From Macrostomum lignano (taxonomy: Eukaryota), in contig NIVC01000830.1 in NCBI GenBank assembly GCA_002269645.1, positions 1 to 64,000 on the forward strand: 64,000 bases of DNA, read 5' to 3'. How positions within the stretch are numbered: position 1 is the stretch's first letter; each line of letters starts with the position of its first letter. Position numbers and translations under genes: made by a program. Shown here piece by piece: positions 1-11,832 of the stretch. Below the pieces are notes generated by a model. It was given only the letters and a program-made list of their open reading frames with translations, was not told the origin of the DNA and searched no databases.

Positions 1-195
1 TCGGCGGCCATCCACCGGACTTCGTTCGGCCATAAATTATTTAACTCGCAGGGGCATCGCGCACGCAAATTATGTGCTGCTCGTTCTTTCTTTCTTCTTT
101 CTTCTTGTTTCCTCTACTCGAGACAGCCAGATAATCCCATATGGGGACAATTTGTTCGGCGCTGGTCCTTGGCACTTTTCTTTAGCCCACACGGG

Positions 196-676
196 ACTGT
201 CTCTGTGGGGCCTGTGTGTTGTCTGTGTGCTGCCTGTATGCTGCCTGTATGCTGCCTGTATGCTGCCTGTATGCTGCCTGTGTGCTGCCTGTGTGCTGTC
301 TGTGTGCTGTCTGTGTGCTTTCTGTGTGCTGCCTGTGTGTTGTCTGTGTGCTGCCTGTATGCTGCCTGTATGCTGCCTGTATGCTGCCTGTATGCTGCCT
401 GTGTGCTGTCTGTGTGCTGTCTGTGTGCTGCCTGTGTGCTCTGTGTGTTGTCTGTGTGCTGCCCGTGTTGTGTGCTGTCTGTGTGCTGCCTGTGTGCTGC
501 CTGTGTGTTGTCTGTGTGCTGCCCGTGTGCTGTCTGTGTGCTGGCCGTGTGCTGTCTGTGTGCTGCCCGTGTGTGTGCTGCCTGTGTGCTGTCTGTGTGC
601 TGTCTGTGTTCTGTCTGTGTTCTGTCTCTGTGGTGTCTCGGGACTGTCGCTGTGTCTGTGTGCTGTCTCTGTGTGA
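196..676. repeat. Degenerate ~11-bp tandem repeat (TGTGTGCTGCC / TGTATGCTGCC)
   Basis: Repeats visible directly. The three Cys/Val/Leu-rich ORFs here are repeat translations. Confidence 0.9.
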
Positions 677-1231
677 CAGAATTGGATTGCAGAATTTCTC
701 TAAAAAATTCTAAATTTTTATTATTTATGCTTTATAAATAAAATTTTTAGTCAATTTTATTTATAAAGCATATCAGGCTCCAATCGGCCAACTATGCAAG
801 TTGACTTCATCGACTCAGTTGAAATCAGATTTGAGACTCGGACTTGAAGTTTCTGTTGGAAAATCATTCAATTATACTAACAAAGCTAATTTTTGCATTG
901 GGAAAATAGCTGATGATCATTGGAAAGAAAATTTTCGTCATACTACTAGCAAGTAGAATGTATGCTTACAGTACTTTTTTTACTAGCGCTGAAACCATAT
1001 ACTATATACTAAAATGGTCTGTTAATTAAAATCAGTTCAATAAGTTCAATTCAATCATCGTGCAAAAGCTGTTAAACCTTATTTGTTTGCCTGTCAATCA
1101 CTCCGGCTAATGGCGGATGCGAAATTTAATTATTTTATATATATTAAAAGCTCTGCTTTATTTTTGTGGCAGGAACAGGAAACAGGAGCTTCTTCTGCGT
1201 TGCAGACACAAACTCAGTTGATTCACTGACT

Positions 1232-1895
1232 GATAAAGCGCACAGTCCATGATTAAGCCCACAGTCCATGATTAAGCGCACCGTCCATGATTAAGCGCAC
1301 AGTCCATGATTAAGCGCACAGTCCACGATTAAGCGCACAGTCCACGATTAAGCGCACGGTCCATGATTAAGCACACAGTCCATGATTAAGCGCACCGTTC
1401 ATGATTAAGCACACAGTCCGTGATTAAGCGCACAGTCCATGATTAAGCGCACCGTCCATGATTAAGCACACAGTCCGTGATTAAGCGCACAGTCCATGAT
1501 TAAGCGCACCGTCCATGATAAAAGCACATAGTCCATGATTAAGCACTCAGTCTGTGATTATGCACACAGTCCATGATTAAGCGCACAGTCGATGATTAAG
1601 CGCGCCGTCTATGATTAAGCGCGCAGTCCATGATTAAGCGCACAGTCCACGATTAAGCGCGCACTCCATGATTAAGCGCGCAGTCCATGATTAAGCGTAC
1701 AGTCTATGATTAAGCGCGCAGTCCATGATTAAGCGCACAGTCCATGATTAAGCGCACAGTCCGTGATAAAGCGCATAGTCCGTGATTAATCGCACATCCA
1801 TGATTAAGCGCACCGTCCATGATAAAAGCACATAGTCCATGATTAAGCGCGCAGTCCATGATTAAGCGCACAGTCTATGATTAAGCGCACAGTCC
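1232..1895. repeat. 19-bp minisatellite (CACAGTCCATGATTAAGCG)
   Basis: More than 30 slightly diverged units. One further unit occurs at ~3054-3075. Confidence 0.95.
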
Positions 1896-1899
1896 TTGA

Positions 1900-2300
1900 C
1901 AAGGTTCATCTGAAAGACGCCAGCGCACAATTTCCTGTAAATCTTGCAGCAGCTCAGACAGCCTTCGCATTTGGCGACTCCCTGCGCTGAAACGGAAATT
2001 CGAGCGGACAGGGCCTCACTGCTGACAATTTCAGCTTCCCATAGCGACCGAGCTTTCTTCAATTTCTAATTTTGGCAGCGGACAGATTTTCAAACCTGTT
2101 GACACAGCCGGTCTGCCTCTGTTGGCTTCTTCGGGTCGGGCCGCAGGTTGGGGAGAATTGGGATAAATCTGTCTGTCCCGCTGGGGACTTCGCTTTGCAG
2201 TTGTTTGACTTCGCTAAGGTCAAGCTGATTGAGTCTGTGACCTGAAATAACCGGTTCAAAATCTGCTTACAATAGAAATTAGGGTAGATCAATCCCACTT
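1900..2300 (-). mobile_element. Degenerate Gypsy-like gag N-terminal fragment
   Basis: Minus strand reads NRFENLSAAKIRN*KKAR, resembling the RFENxLAA..I.D.KKxxLL start of Gypsy gag proteins. Frame is broken. Confidence 0.4.
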
Positions 2301-2524
2301 GCATCGAAATCCGCGGGCAAAATAAGGGGATAACAACACATTTTAATTAGATTCATTCGAATTCAACGAAATTCATTTACATGTACAATTTAGATAAGAT
2401 ATGATTTACTAGCAAACTAACTGGAGTTCATTACACACTTTGAGAACCAAGGAGTACTGTATTAGTTCGCGTTATACGTATCTACTATGCTATAATCGAT
2501 TCCTACAAACATCATAGGACACGC

Positions 2525-2945
2525 CTCTCAGTCTGTTGGTCATTCATGCTTCAGAATGTCTGTCATTCATGCCTCAGAATGTCGGTCATTCATGCCTCAG
2601 AGTGTGGGTCATTCATGCCTCAGGATGTCGGTCATTCATGCTTCAGAATGTCGGTCATTCATGCCTCAGAATTTCGGTCATTCATGCCTCCGAATGTCGG
2701 TCATTCATGCTTCAGAATGTCGGTCATTCATGCCTCAGAATTTCGGCCATTCATGCCTCCGAATGTCGGTCATTCATGCCTCAGAATATCGGTCATTCAT
2801 GTGTCAGAATGTCGGTCATTCATGCCTCAGGATGTCGGTCATTCATTCCTCGGAATTTCGGTCATTAATGCCTCAAAATGTGGGTCATTCATGCCTCAGG
2901 ATGTCGGTCATTCATGCCTCAGGATGTGGATCATTCATGCTTCGA
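2525..2945. repeat. 23-bp minisatellite (TCGGTCATTCATGCCTCAGAATG)
   Basis: About 18 diverged units seen directly. Confidence 0.95.
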
Positions 2946-3079
2946 ATTGTATATCACTTTGAAAACCCTCAGATTTTTGGTCATTTTGGACACTGCAGAA
3001 AAAGTCAATGCCGCGATATAGCGCTAGGCTAGACACGAAATTCCCAAATAGCTATGATTAAGCGCACAGTCCATGGTGA

Positions 3080-4335
3080 TTAAAAACACAGGTCCCGGCA
3101 TTAACCCTGCACTGAGCAGGGCTAACTTATGCAGAGTTGCCTTTGACGGATTGGATCACCCACGGTTCCAGTTCGAACGGGGTGCGCAGTTTAGACTTGT
3201 TCTGCCGCCGAAGAACTCGTTCCCTTGGCCGGATGCTGTGCTGTAGAACTCGATTAGTCTTGTCGAAGCCGGCCTTCATGTTGTCGTTGTAGCGATTGTG
3301 CCAGTTCTTGATGTCGCCGGTAGACCAGCTGGCCCGACGTGATGGTCTGACCGATGGAATGACGTCGTTGACTCTGCGACCCTATCAGAAGTTCAGCCGG
3401 TGCTTTACCTGTAGCTCTGTGCGACATCACCCGGAATGCGAGGAGCCCCTCATCCAGCGCCTCTTTCTAGCAGCGACCGTCAGCCAGCGCGCCTCTGACA
3501 ACTTTTTTCACTGAGCGATTGACGCGTTCGGTGGCTCCGTTGGCTTCGGGATGCAGCGTGTAGGTGAGGCGATGCCTGACGCCGTACGAGGTCAGGAAGT
3601 CGCGAAACTCATGCGAGCAGAAAGGCGGCTTGGGTTTTGCCAGTGATCGGCTCTAGCGGGACACCGTGGCGGGCGAAGGGCTGTCTTATGTGAGGAATAA
3701 CCGCTGCTGCCGATGTCGAGCTGACGTACAGTAGTTGATTTCAGGGTGCTTACGAGTAGAAAGCAGATCCGTCATAACGACACGTGACAGACCCGTGGAT
3801 GGGCCCATAGAAATCCATTCCTAGTTGGAGCCAGGCTCCGTCCGGGATCTCTGTAGGCCTCAGCGGCGTGGAATATGGCCTGACATGGCAGACAAGCTCG
3901 AACCCCTGGCCACCACACCTTGGTCTGCAGCCGCTGTAGTTCGACGCTGAGATGTCCAGTGTGTGCCAATGCTGAGACCTGCCACCGCAGCGATGAAGGC
4001 ACAGCGATCGCTTTCTGACAGCTGGCGTGCTGCTGTGCTGGTTCCAATGCCGCGTCTTGATGCCGGTGATGGCAGCCTGGATATCCATGTCGCTTCTAGT
4101 GGCTCTTTTCAAGTCTTCTAGAGATAGGCCGCGTCCAGATGTAGGCGGCGTCCAGAGCTTCACCCATAGCGCGAGACAGATCTGTTGGCATCGGCTGTCG
4201 GCTCAGAAGATCTGACGGGTTTGATGCGCCGGGCCGGCATTCGAGTTTGATCTGAAGATGGCGCTCAATTCTCGGCGCCAACCGTGAACCCGGCTTAAAA
4301 AGCGGGATCAGAGGCTTGTGATCTGTGATGATGGT
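3080..4335 (-). mobile_element. Ty3/Gypsy pol relic (RNase H end + integrase), frameshifted
   Basis: IITDHKPLIPLF...PRIER...CRPGASNPSDLLSR (RNase H end); AHTGHL...KVWWPG...CLPCQ (HHCC); PLRPTEIPDGAWLQLGMDFYGP (integrase core); EANGATERVN; KLRTPFELEPW tail. Several frameshifts. Confidence 0.9.
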
Positions 4336-4339
4336 AAAA

Positions 4340-5110
4340 TTCGAAAATTATCAGTCATTTTGGACACTTTCTGGTCATTTTGGACACCCTCTGGTTTATC
4401 AGTCACTTTAGACGCCCTCAGGTTGTCGGTCATTTCAGAAACCGTCAGGTTGTCGGTCATTTCAGAAACCCTCTGGTTTATCAGTCATTTCAGAAACCCT
4501 CAGGTTGTCGGTCATTTCAGAAACCCTCAGGTTGTCGGTCATTTCAGAAACCCTCAGGTTGTCGGTCATTTCAGAAACCCTCAGGTTGTCGGTCATTTCA
4601 GAAACCCTCAGGTTGTCGGTCATTTCAGAAACCCTCAGGTTGTCGGTCATTTCAGAAACCCTCAGGTTGTCGGTCATTTCAGAAACCCTCAGGTTGTCGG
4701 TCATTTCAGAAACCGTCAGGTTGTCGGTCATTTCAGAAACCCTCAGGTTGTCGGTCATTTCAGAAACCCTCAGGTTGTCGGTCATTTCAGAAACCCTCAG
4801 GTTGTCGGTCATTTCAGAAACCCTCAGGTTGTCGGTCATTTCAGAAACCGTCAGGTTGTCGGTCATTTCAGAAACCCTCAGGTTGTCGGTCATTTCAGAA
4901 ACCGTCAGGTTGTCGGTCATTTCAGAAACCGTCAGGTTGTCGGTCATTTCAGAAACCCTCAGGTTGTCGGTCATTTCAGAAACCGTCAGGTTGTCGGTCA
5001 TTTCAGAAACCGTCAGGTTGTCGGTCATTTCAGAAACCCTCAGGTTGTCGGTCATTTCAGAAACAATCAGGTTGTCGGTCATTTCAGAAACAATCAGGTT
5101 GTCGGTCATT
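4340..5110. repeat. 27-bp minisatellite (CAGGTTGTCGGTCATTTCAGAAACCCT)
   Basis: More than 20 near-identical units. Explains the HFRNPQVVG-type ORFs. Confidence 0.97.
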
Positions 5111-5267
5111 CTTGCCAACCCCATCTGTCTACAGTGCGGCTCACCTCTGACGGAGTGAGGATGGGAAAGGAAGAAAATTTAGGGATGAAAATCCCCATAC
5201 GGCTTTCTATTGGACTCGATGTCGCCTAAGGCAGGCAGGACAGAGAAATACTTTAGCAATAAATCCA

Positions 5268-6353
5268 ATGCAGACAGCTTCCCAGCTTCATCTTCACGCA
5301 ATACCCAGGCTAAGCATCAACATGATTCCAGTTCTCTGCGATGCTACAAACGACACCGACTCGCTGTCGGCTGCCATCCAGTTCCCGGATCCCGGTCCGA
5401 CATCGCGCCAGCTGGCCGTGGCCATCCAGGCTCTCAGCCTGCTCGCTCTGGTGCTCAACTGCGGTCTGGTGGTGCTGCTCGCTCGGACCCCGCGGGCCCG
5501 CACCGGCGCCAAGGGAATTCCGCTGCTGGCCGCGGCAGAGATCGGCATGAACCTGTCCCTGCTGGTGATGCACGCTGAGGTCTGGACGCCAAGCTGCAGC
5601 TCGGCTGTTGACATTCTGGACAAATTCAACTACAGCTTTGAGGCCTGGCATCTGTTGCGCAATTTCTGGCTTTGTGCCATGACTGTCGCCAGGGCCAAGG
5701 CCGTTGCTCGTCCGTTGCAATCCCGCGACTCGATGGCGCCGAAGCGTCAGGCTTGCCTGTTCACCGGCTTCGGGCTAGCCAGCGCCGCCTGGAGCTGCCT
5801 GGACCTGACGCTGGTCAGCTGCGCGCCAAACTCGGTGGCCAAACTGGCTGGACGCGCGCTGGCCCTGCTGAGACACTTCTTGAACACCGTGGCCGCCGGG
5901 ACGGTGATCGCTGGCGCCTCCGCGCTCATCGTGCACCGGGTGCGGCGCACCAACGTGTTTCAGTTTCAGCGCAGGGAGGCCCAGGCCAGCCGCATCGTAG
6001 TGAGCATCGCCGTGGCCTTCGCTCTGCTGGAGCTGCCGTACGCACTGGTGGTGTACGTCGGCATCATCTGGACGATCGCTAACGGCAACAAGGCCGGCTT
6101 TCCCAAGGAGTTCGCCGAGACGCTGCACATTCTGTACAGAATCAACCACCTGCTGATTGTTGCCGACACCTGCCTGAATCTGTTTGTGCTGCTGTGCCTG
6201 AGCGCCAGCTTCCGACAGCAGATGATGCGGCGCATTTTGGCCTGCCGTCAAGCCGGCCAGAGACGGCGGCAACAGCGGAGTCTGCAGCAGCAGCGGCTGC
6301 AGAGGCGTTCACGAAGGGCTGCAGCGACTGCGGAGGGCGGAGCTGTCTGCTAG
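5268..6353 (+). CDS. Intronless divergent rhodopsin-like (class A) GPCR, peptide-receptor-like
   Basis: 361-aa ORF (alternative ATG at 5322) with seven hydrophobic segments. TM3 end RNFW..MTVARAKAV.RPL, TM6 FALLELP, TM7 DTCLNL..LCLSASFRQQM, basic C-tail. Confidence 0.8.
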   Translation: MQTASQLHLHAIPRLSINMIPVLCDATNDTDSLSAAIQFPDPGPTSRQLAVAIQALSLLALVLNCGLVVLLARTPRARTGAKGIPLLAAAEIGMNLSLLVMHAEVWTPSCSSAVDILDKFNYSFEAWHLLRNFWLCAMTVARAKAVARPLQSRDSMAPKRQACLFTGFGLASAAWSCLDLTLVSCAPNSVAKLAGRALALLRHFLNTVAAGTVIAGASALIVHRVRRTNVFQFQRREAQASRIVVSIAVAFALLELPYALVVYVGIIWTIANGNKAGFPKEFAETLHILYRINHLLIVADTCLNLFVLLCLSASFRQQMMRRILACRQAGQRRRQQRSLQQQRLQRRSRRAAATAEGGAVC

Positions 6354-7472
6354 AGGCGAGGACCAGCAGGAGTGGCAACTCACGCGTTGAGATTGACTAA
6401 TTACTGACAGTGACTACTTCTAGAGTGATATCTTTTTAAAAAATTTAAAAGTACAGCCTGTTTGTAAGCTGAAAATTTCCAAGACCCTAGCTTTGTCCGT
6501 CCTCGTGCTGGGCCTACACCGCGTCCGTGAAAATCATCAGACACTGAACGGCATCGTTCGCTGTCTGAACAAAATAATTATGACGCGAATAATTGATTGC
6601 CGGAGAATCAGACTAAAAATGGAAAATTCTTTACGCCTCCGAATAATCACTGAATCTTTCCTACGGGTCTCATCTGGCTAATTGAAATCTAATTTTCGTC
6701 TTGCTTTTAATGGATTTCTGACAAGCACAAAGCCGTCAAGTCTCAAGAGCAATTAAGTATTTATGTGCGAGAACTGTTAGACTCATTTTAATTAATTTTT
6801 TTGGGGGAAAAATCACAGACCTGAGCCGCGTCATTCATTCTGACAGATTCAATTAAATATGGCACGCGCTTCAATTTTTGAGTGACTTTGATGAAATTTT
6901 CTCCCTGCGTGTTTTTAACAATTAAATATTTATTAACAAAGCGGAGCGAATTTACCGAGCTTCATCTGACAGGTGAGAAAAGAAAAAAGGTGAAAGTGAT
7001 TAGTAACTGAATTGCCCGTAAATCAGAATCCAAGCTGATTCTTAAAGAACCACATTAGCTTACCATTGATGTTGAATTGAACTTTTTTGTCCTAATTTAA
7101 AGTCGTTGCAATGTAGCGCTCACTTTTGTATATTCAATTAATGTCATCCCCTGTTCTCAAAATTCAAGCTGTCGCTCTGTTAAGTTAATCTGCTGCACGC
7201 GTCAGCTCTCAGCTTGGGTCTATTTTAGTCCGACACCTCACCTTTCCTGGCTTCCAGCTGGGTTCTTCTGCAGGGCTTTTACATCGAAACTCTCCCTGTT
7301 GCGGCTTACCCGTGTATATGCATTAGCTCGTATGAAGCTCAGTGGTAAAAGCAAACCACGACCCTTGGTTCGTCTCTGTGCGCAAACACATTCATTTGGG
7401 GCTGCAGGTTGTACGTAGTGCGATACACACATATGAGGGTCTCAAGGCACAACCCTAAAATCACATGTATAC

Positions 7473-7800
7473 CTTTTATGGGGCCTTACCCCCACCCCAA
7501 AACACAGACAGACCCCTTGTGTTTCTTACCCTCGGCAAGAGGAGCTAGGCTAATCGATTTTATGGGGCCTTACCCCCACCCCAAAACACAGACAGACCCC
7601 TTGTGTTTCTTACCCTCGGCAAGAGGAGCTAGGCTAATCGATTTTATGGGGCCTTACCCCCACCCCAAAACACAGACAGACCCCTTGTGTTTCTTACCCT
7701 CGGCAAGAGGAGCTAGGCTCATCGATTTTATGGAGTCTTACCCCCACCCCAAAACACAGACAGACCCCTTGTGTTTCTTACCCTCGGCAAGAGGGCAAGG
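7473..7800. repeat. 84-bp tandem repeat, about 4 copies
   Basis: Unit TTTTATGGGGCCTTACCCCCACCCCAAAACACAGACAGACCCC...GCTAATCGA repeated almost identically. Confidence 0.95.
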
Positions 7801-9567
7801 CTCATTAATTTTATGAGTGGATAAAAAATTGACGGTGATTCCAATTAAATAACTTAATTCAGAAGCTCTAGCCAGGTGATTAGGTCTGCAAAATTTATTC
7901 AAAGTCACTAGCTATATTCGGCTTTTATTCCGGAATAGTCCAAGTAGAAGTATCAGCATTAAGTATGCTAATATGCTCTAATATACCGGCTTTAGCGGTC
8001 ACCCCTTTGCAGTTAATAAGCTTTCCTGACGCTATCTGACGTATATATGACTCCGAATGTTAAAGCACTGGGCTCCCTAAAACCTCAGCCTCCTTAAACA
8101 ACAGGACTCTTATGACAGTATTCTCCATCTGAAGCAGAACAGCGTGCTACAAGGTTAGCAAATCTGAGGTGGGAAAAACTAGTGCAATAAATTGACAATG
8201 AAAAGATTTGGAAAAATTTCATTCCTTACTTTGACGTGCAACAAGTGCGACACTAATCATGGGTCTGTCAGGCCTCTATCAGGATTAGCTGTGCAGGCCT
8301 ACGGACAGGATTTGTTTTTCCTGCTAAATCCGACAATATCTGCATGGGCTGGAGAAATCCGTAATACAAAATTGCTTTGCGTGTACCGCCTCACCCTCCG
8401 TCTCTTTAGCTCAGTCCGCTTTGATGCTGCTCTGCATTTCCGCGATTTGATGCTTGAAAGATTCATTCAAGACTTAAAACACAGCGCATTCAAAATTAGA
8501 TTCTTTAATTACACCACATTTCAATAGGTTTCTGGTTCCTCCTCCTGGGAACAGCATCGACTGGTTTCTGTATTCGATAGTATATTCTATAAACGAATAA
8601 CAGGATTATCTTATTTCAAGCCAGACTCAGGTGCCACTCGGTCTCAGCGGTGGAATTCACTGTGGCAACCAGGCTCCTCTGTGAGATTTGGATTAATGAA
8701 TTAATTAGCGCCTAGTGGCATTTGAAATTTAATTAACCTCGTACATGTATGCCTATAGCTGTCCGCTAGAGAATTAATCAGCGATTCGAGCTGCAGTCGC
8801 TGCATAAATGGTTCGGCTTTCAGAGCGCGTCTGCAGATTAGACAATCTTCAACAATGCTTTGCAGATAAGGGACGAAGCTATATTTCTGCTTTTGGTAGC
8901 TTTAGCTCAGTCAGAAGTTAAGAAAAATTTATAAAAAAGAGCTTAGAACATACTGGCATATAGATCATTGAGTTCCAACCAAGTGTATAGATTAAGGCAA
9001 GGCTGCAACGAAGTGTGCGCCAGAAACAAGAAATGGACATTTGCCTCTCAGGCCTCATGGTTAGCCATGCAGGTTTGATACAATATCAGAGAATCGTGGC
9101 ATGCAGACTGCGGCATTTCAGCGCTCTGTCTCTCTCGCTCAATGCTAGGGTCTTGCAAAACCTACGATAAGATAACAAAGCAGAAAATTTGCCACTCCCA
9201 AGTTCGGTTTTAAAGACAACTAGCAACCTCCCTGCCCTTCCAACTTGCTTGCGCGCTTCGCTTCTAAAAGACAACCATTTCCTCGAAGCGCGATTCGAAA
9301 GACCTGGAAAAATAATCACAGGGAAGAGCTGACGAACACCTGGGACCGCCTTGGCGAAAACTGTGAGTGCTAGCGCAGACTCCTGCGGCTCCATCAGTTT
9401 TATTTACTCTTAGGATGTGCACTGAGTAGTCAAGTAACACTTTAGGCTATTTGAGGACAAGGCATACCGCTCTGCTCCCTCACCTTTCCTTCCTCGAGGC
9501 TTTGGTAGTTACATAATCCCACCCTTTCTTTACTACTTGCAGCAGCCTGAAGTCCTGAACAGACGTC

Positions 9568-10812
9568 ATGAATCAGGATTTCTTCAGCAAGGTTGGAGAT
9601 TTCAAGCTGACCGACTCGTCTCTGAGGTCAGACAACGATTTCTCCGACAGGCTCAACTACTATTACACGTCCATCATGATTGTGATCTTTGCCGTAGTCG
9701 TGAGCGCCAGGCAGTATGTTGGCAAGCCGCTGCAGTGCTGGATTCCTGCCGAGTTCAGCGAACAATGGGAGAAATATTCGGAGAGCTACTGCTGGATCAA
9801 GAACACCTACTTTGTGCCCATGAATGAGACCGGCGTGCCGGATCACGCGCACGTGAGACGTCAGTACGAGATCAACTACTACCAGTACGTGCCCTTCATC
9901 CTGGCGCTCATGGCCCTGGCCCTTAATGTGCCCAATATTGTGTGGAAGATTCTCAACACGCGCACCGGGGTCAGCTTGAAGACCATCGTGCACAATGCCT
10001 CTTCGGTGATCAGCGTTGACCCAATTGAGAGGCCTCAGGCCGTGGTCTCGCTGGCCAAGACATTCGAGGAGGCGGTGATCTTCGCTCTGGATGACAAGAA
10101 CCGCAAGAGTCGCACTGAGCGGCTTCGCAGGACCCTGCGCGGCGGCTTCGGGTCCTACCTGATCCTCAGCTACGTGTTCACCAAGATGCTCTTCTTCTGC
10201 GCCTCCTTCGGCCTCCTGCTGGCCGTCTGCTGCATGCTGAGCTCCAGCTACCGCGTCTTCGACTTGGGCGTCTTCAGCGAAATTGTCCAGGGCAAGAGCT
10301 GGCGCAACAGCGGCATCTTTCCGCGCATCACCCACTGCGACTTCGAGATCCGCCGGTTGAATGTCCGGCATCCCTACACTATGCAGTGCGTGCTCACCGT
10401 CAACCTGTTCAACGAAAAGATCTTCGTCTTCCTCTGGTTCTGGTACCTTGTCATCTCGGCAGCTAATATAGTCAGTCTGTTGTACTGGCTGCTGTACTGC
10501 CTGCCCTTTAAACAGTATGACTTCATTGACAGCTACCTGTCCACCAGCGACAAGTACCACGGAGAGCGGGACTCCGCGGCGCTGCAAGAGTTTGTCAACA
10601 GGCACCTGCGCAACGACGGAGTGTTTCTCCTGCGCCTGATCGCCTCGAACTCCGGCCACTTGGTCACCACCGAGCTGGTGCACCGGCTGTGGCGCAACAA
10701 GTTCTTCAAGGAGGAGGACGCTGCCGAGCTGGAGAGGGCCAAGGCCGCCGAGGCTGCTGCATCATCTGCGGCTGACGCGGCCACTTCCGAACCGATCACT
10801 GAGGCCAGATAG
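9568..10812 (+). CDS. Innexin (invertebrate gap-junction protein), intronless
   Basis: 414 aa with DRLNYYYT, QYVGKPLQCW.P, YCW, YYQYVPFIL, FPRITHCDF, QCVL..NLFNEKIFVFLWFW. Four TM segments and paired extracellular cysteines. Confidence 0.97.
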   Translation: MNQDFFSKVGDFKLTDSSLRSDNDFSDRLNYYYTSIMIVIFAVVVSARQYVGKPLQCWIPAEFSEQWEKYSESYCWIKNTYFVPMNETGVPDHAHVRRQYEINYYQYVPFILALMALALNVPNIVWKILNTRTGVSLKTIVHNASSVISVDPIERPQAVVSLAKTFEEAVIFALDDKNRKSRTERLRRTLRGGFGSYLILSYVFTKMLFFCASFGLLLAVCCMLSSSYRVFDLGVFSEIVQGKSWRNSGIFPRITHCDFEIRRLNVRHPYTMQCVLTVNLFNEKIFVFLWFWYLVISAANIVSLLYWLLYCLPFKQYDFIDSYLSTSDKYHGERDSAALQEFVNRHLRNDGVFLLRLIASNSGHLVTTELVHRLWRNKFFKEEDAAELERAKAAEAAASSAADAATSEPITEAR

Positions 10813-11364
10813 GCCGACTGCTCCCAGCGGAGAGTGTTCAAGTAACAGACCAGTAGTTTTCTATACTTTGTAAATTCAATTTAGTGTAAACTTCGCCACA
10901 TGAGAATGTACCCAGCCTAGCTAGCGCTTACAATCTTACGTTGCAATAAAATCACTTTATCAGGTACAAAAACTGATTGATTGAGTTCAGAACTTGCGCT
11001 CTCGTGGTAGCTTGCGCACTTGACGCATCAATTCGCAGAAGTTCCATCGTTCTAAATACAAGCGTGATTGAACATTTTTGAAAACTGTAAACCCGTGCTG
11101 TACGGCTCTATCCCGTTTAGCTAATTACAATTGAGCGCGTTCGTTCTGCTGTGAACTACTAACAGTAGGCTGACAAGAGTGAAGTGAATTAAACACTTTT
11201 ATATCAGAGATATCGAGATGGGATGAGAGAAGAGGGGAGAGAAGACAGAAGGCCAGGAGACGAGACGATGGAGAGAGGGGAGAGAGGAGAGGGCAGAGAA
11301 GAGGAGAGAGGAGAGAGCTGAGAAGAGATACAAACCCAGAGCGGGACGGATTGCTGTTGAGAAG

Positions 11365-11435
11365 TTTCACAGGAGCCGAGGGCCGGATAGAGAGCCTTCT
11401 CGGGCCGCATGTGGCCCGTGAGTTTGCAACCCCTG
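11365..11435 (-). mobile_element. Single hAT/Charlie-like terminus
   Basis: Minus strand CAGGGGTTGCAAACTCACGGGCCACATGCGGCCC matches typical Charlie-type ends. The partner end was not found. Confidence 0.5.
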
Positions 11436-11832
11436 TTTCTACTGACTGACTATTTAAAAAAATTCGCCATGAACTTTTGCTGATAATCACACTATGGAGA
11501 GCAATAAACAGCTGGTCACGTACAAACGTTGGTTTGCTGCATTGAAGCAGAATACCTCTGCCTCAGTGAAGAGGAGAGAGACGAGAGGAGAGCAGGTTAC
11601 AGATGCAGCTGTGCGTACACCGGTGTGGAGTGGGACGATAGTGCGCAGCAATTTGAGCTGGTCGCAGGGAACGCTGGCCCGGGACAACAAAGCGACAGAT
11701 AAGCAACAATAGCAAAAAACTCTGCCAGTACAGTGCAACAGACAAAGCCCACTTGAATAAGCAGCAGACCCGAGAGCCTTCTCACAAGCTGCAGCAGTCT
11801 GTAACCGAAGAAGAAGATTAACTCGGCAAATC

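Noticed and set aside
8192-8527. Possible Helitron Rep fragment (RFGKISFLTLTCN)
   Set aside because: Only one short motif resembles FGKPDLFITFTCN. The downstream HUH motif is not visible, so this needs an HMM search.
9628-10683. 351-aa ORF antisense to innexin, and similar antisense ORFs over the GPCRs, caspase and plakin exon
   Set aside because: Shadow ORFs expected from GC-rich codon usage, with no recognisable motifs.
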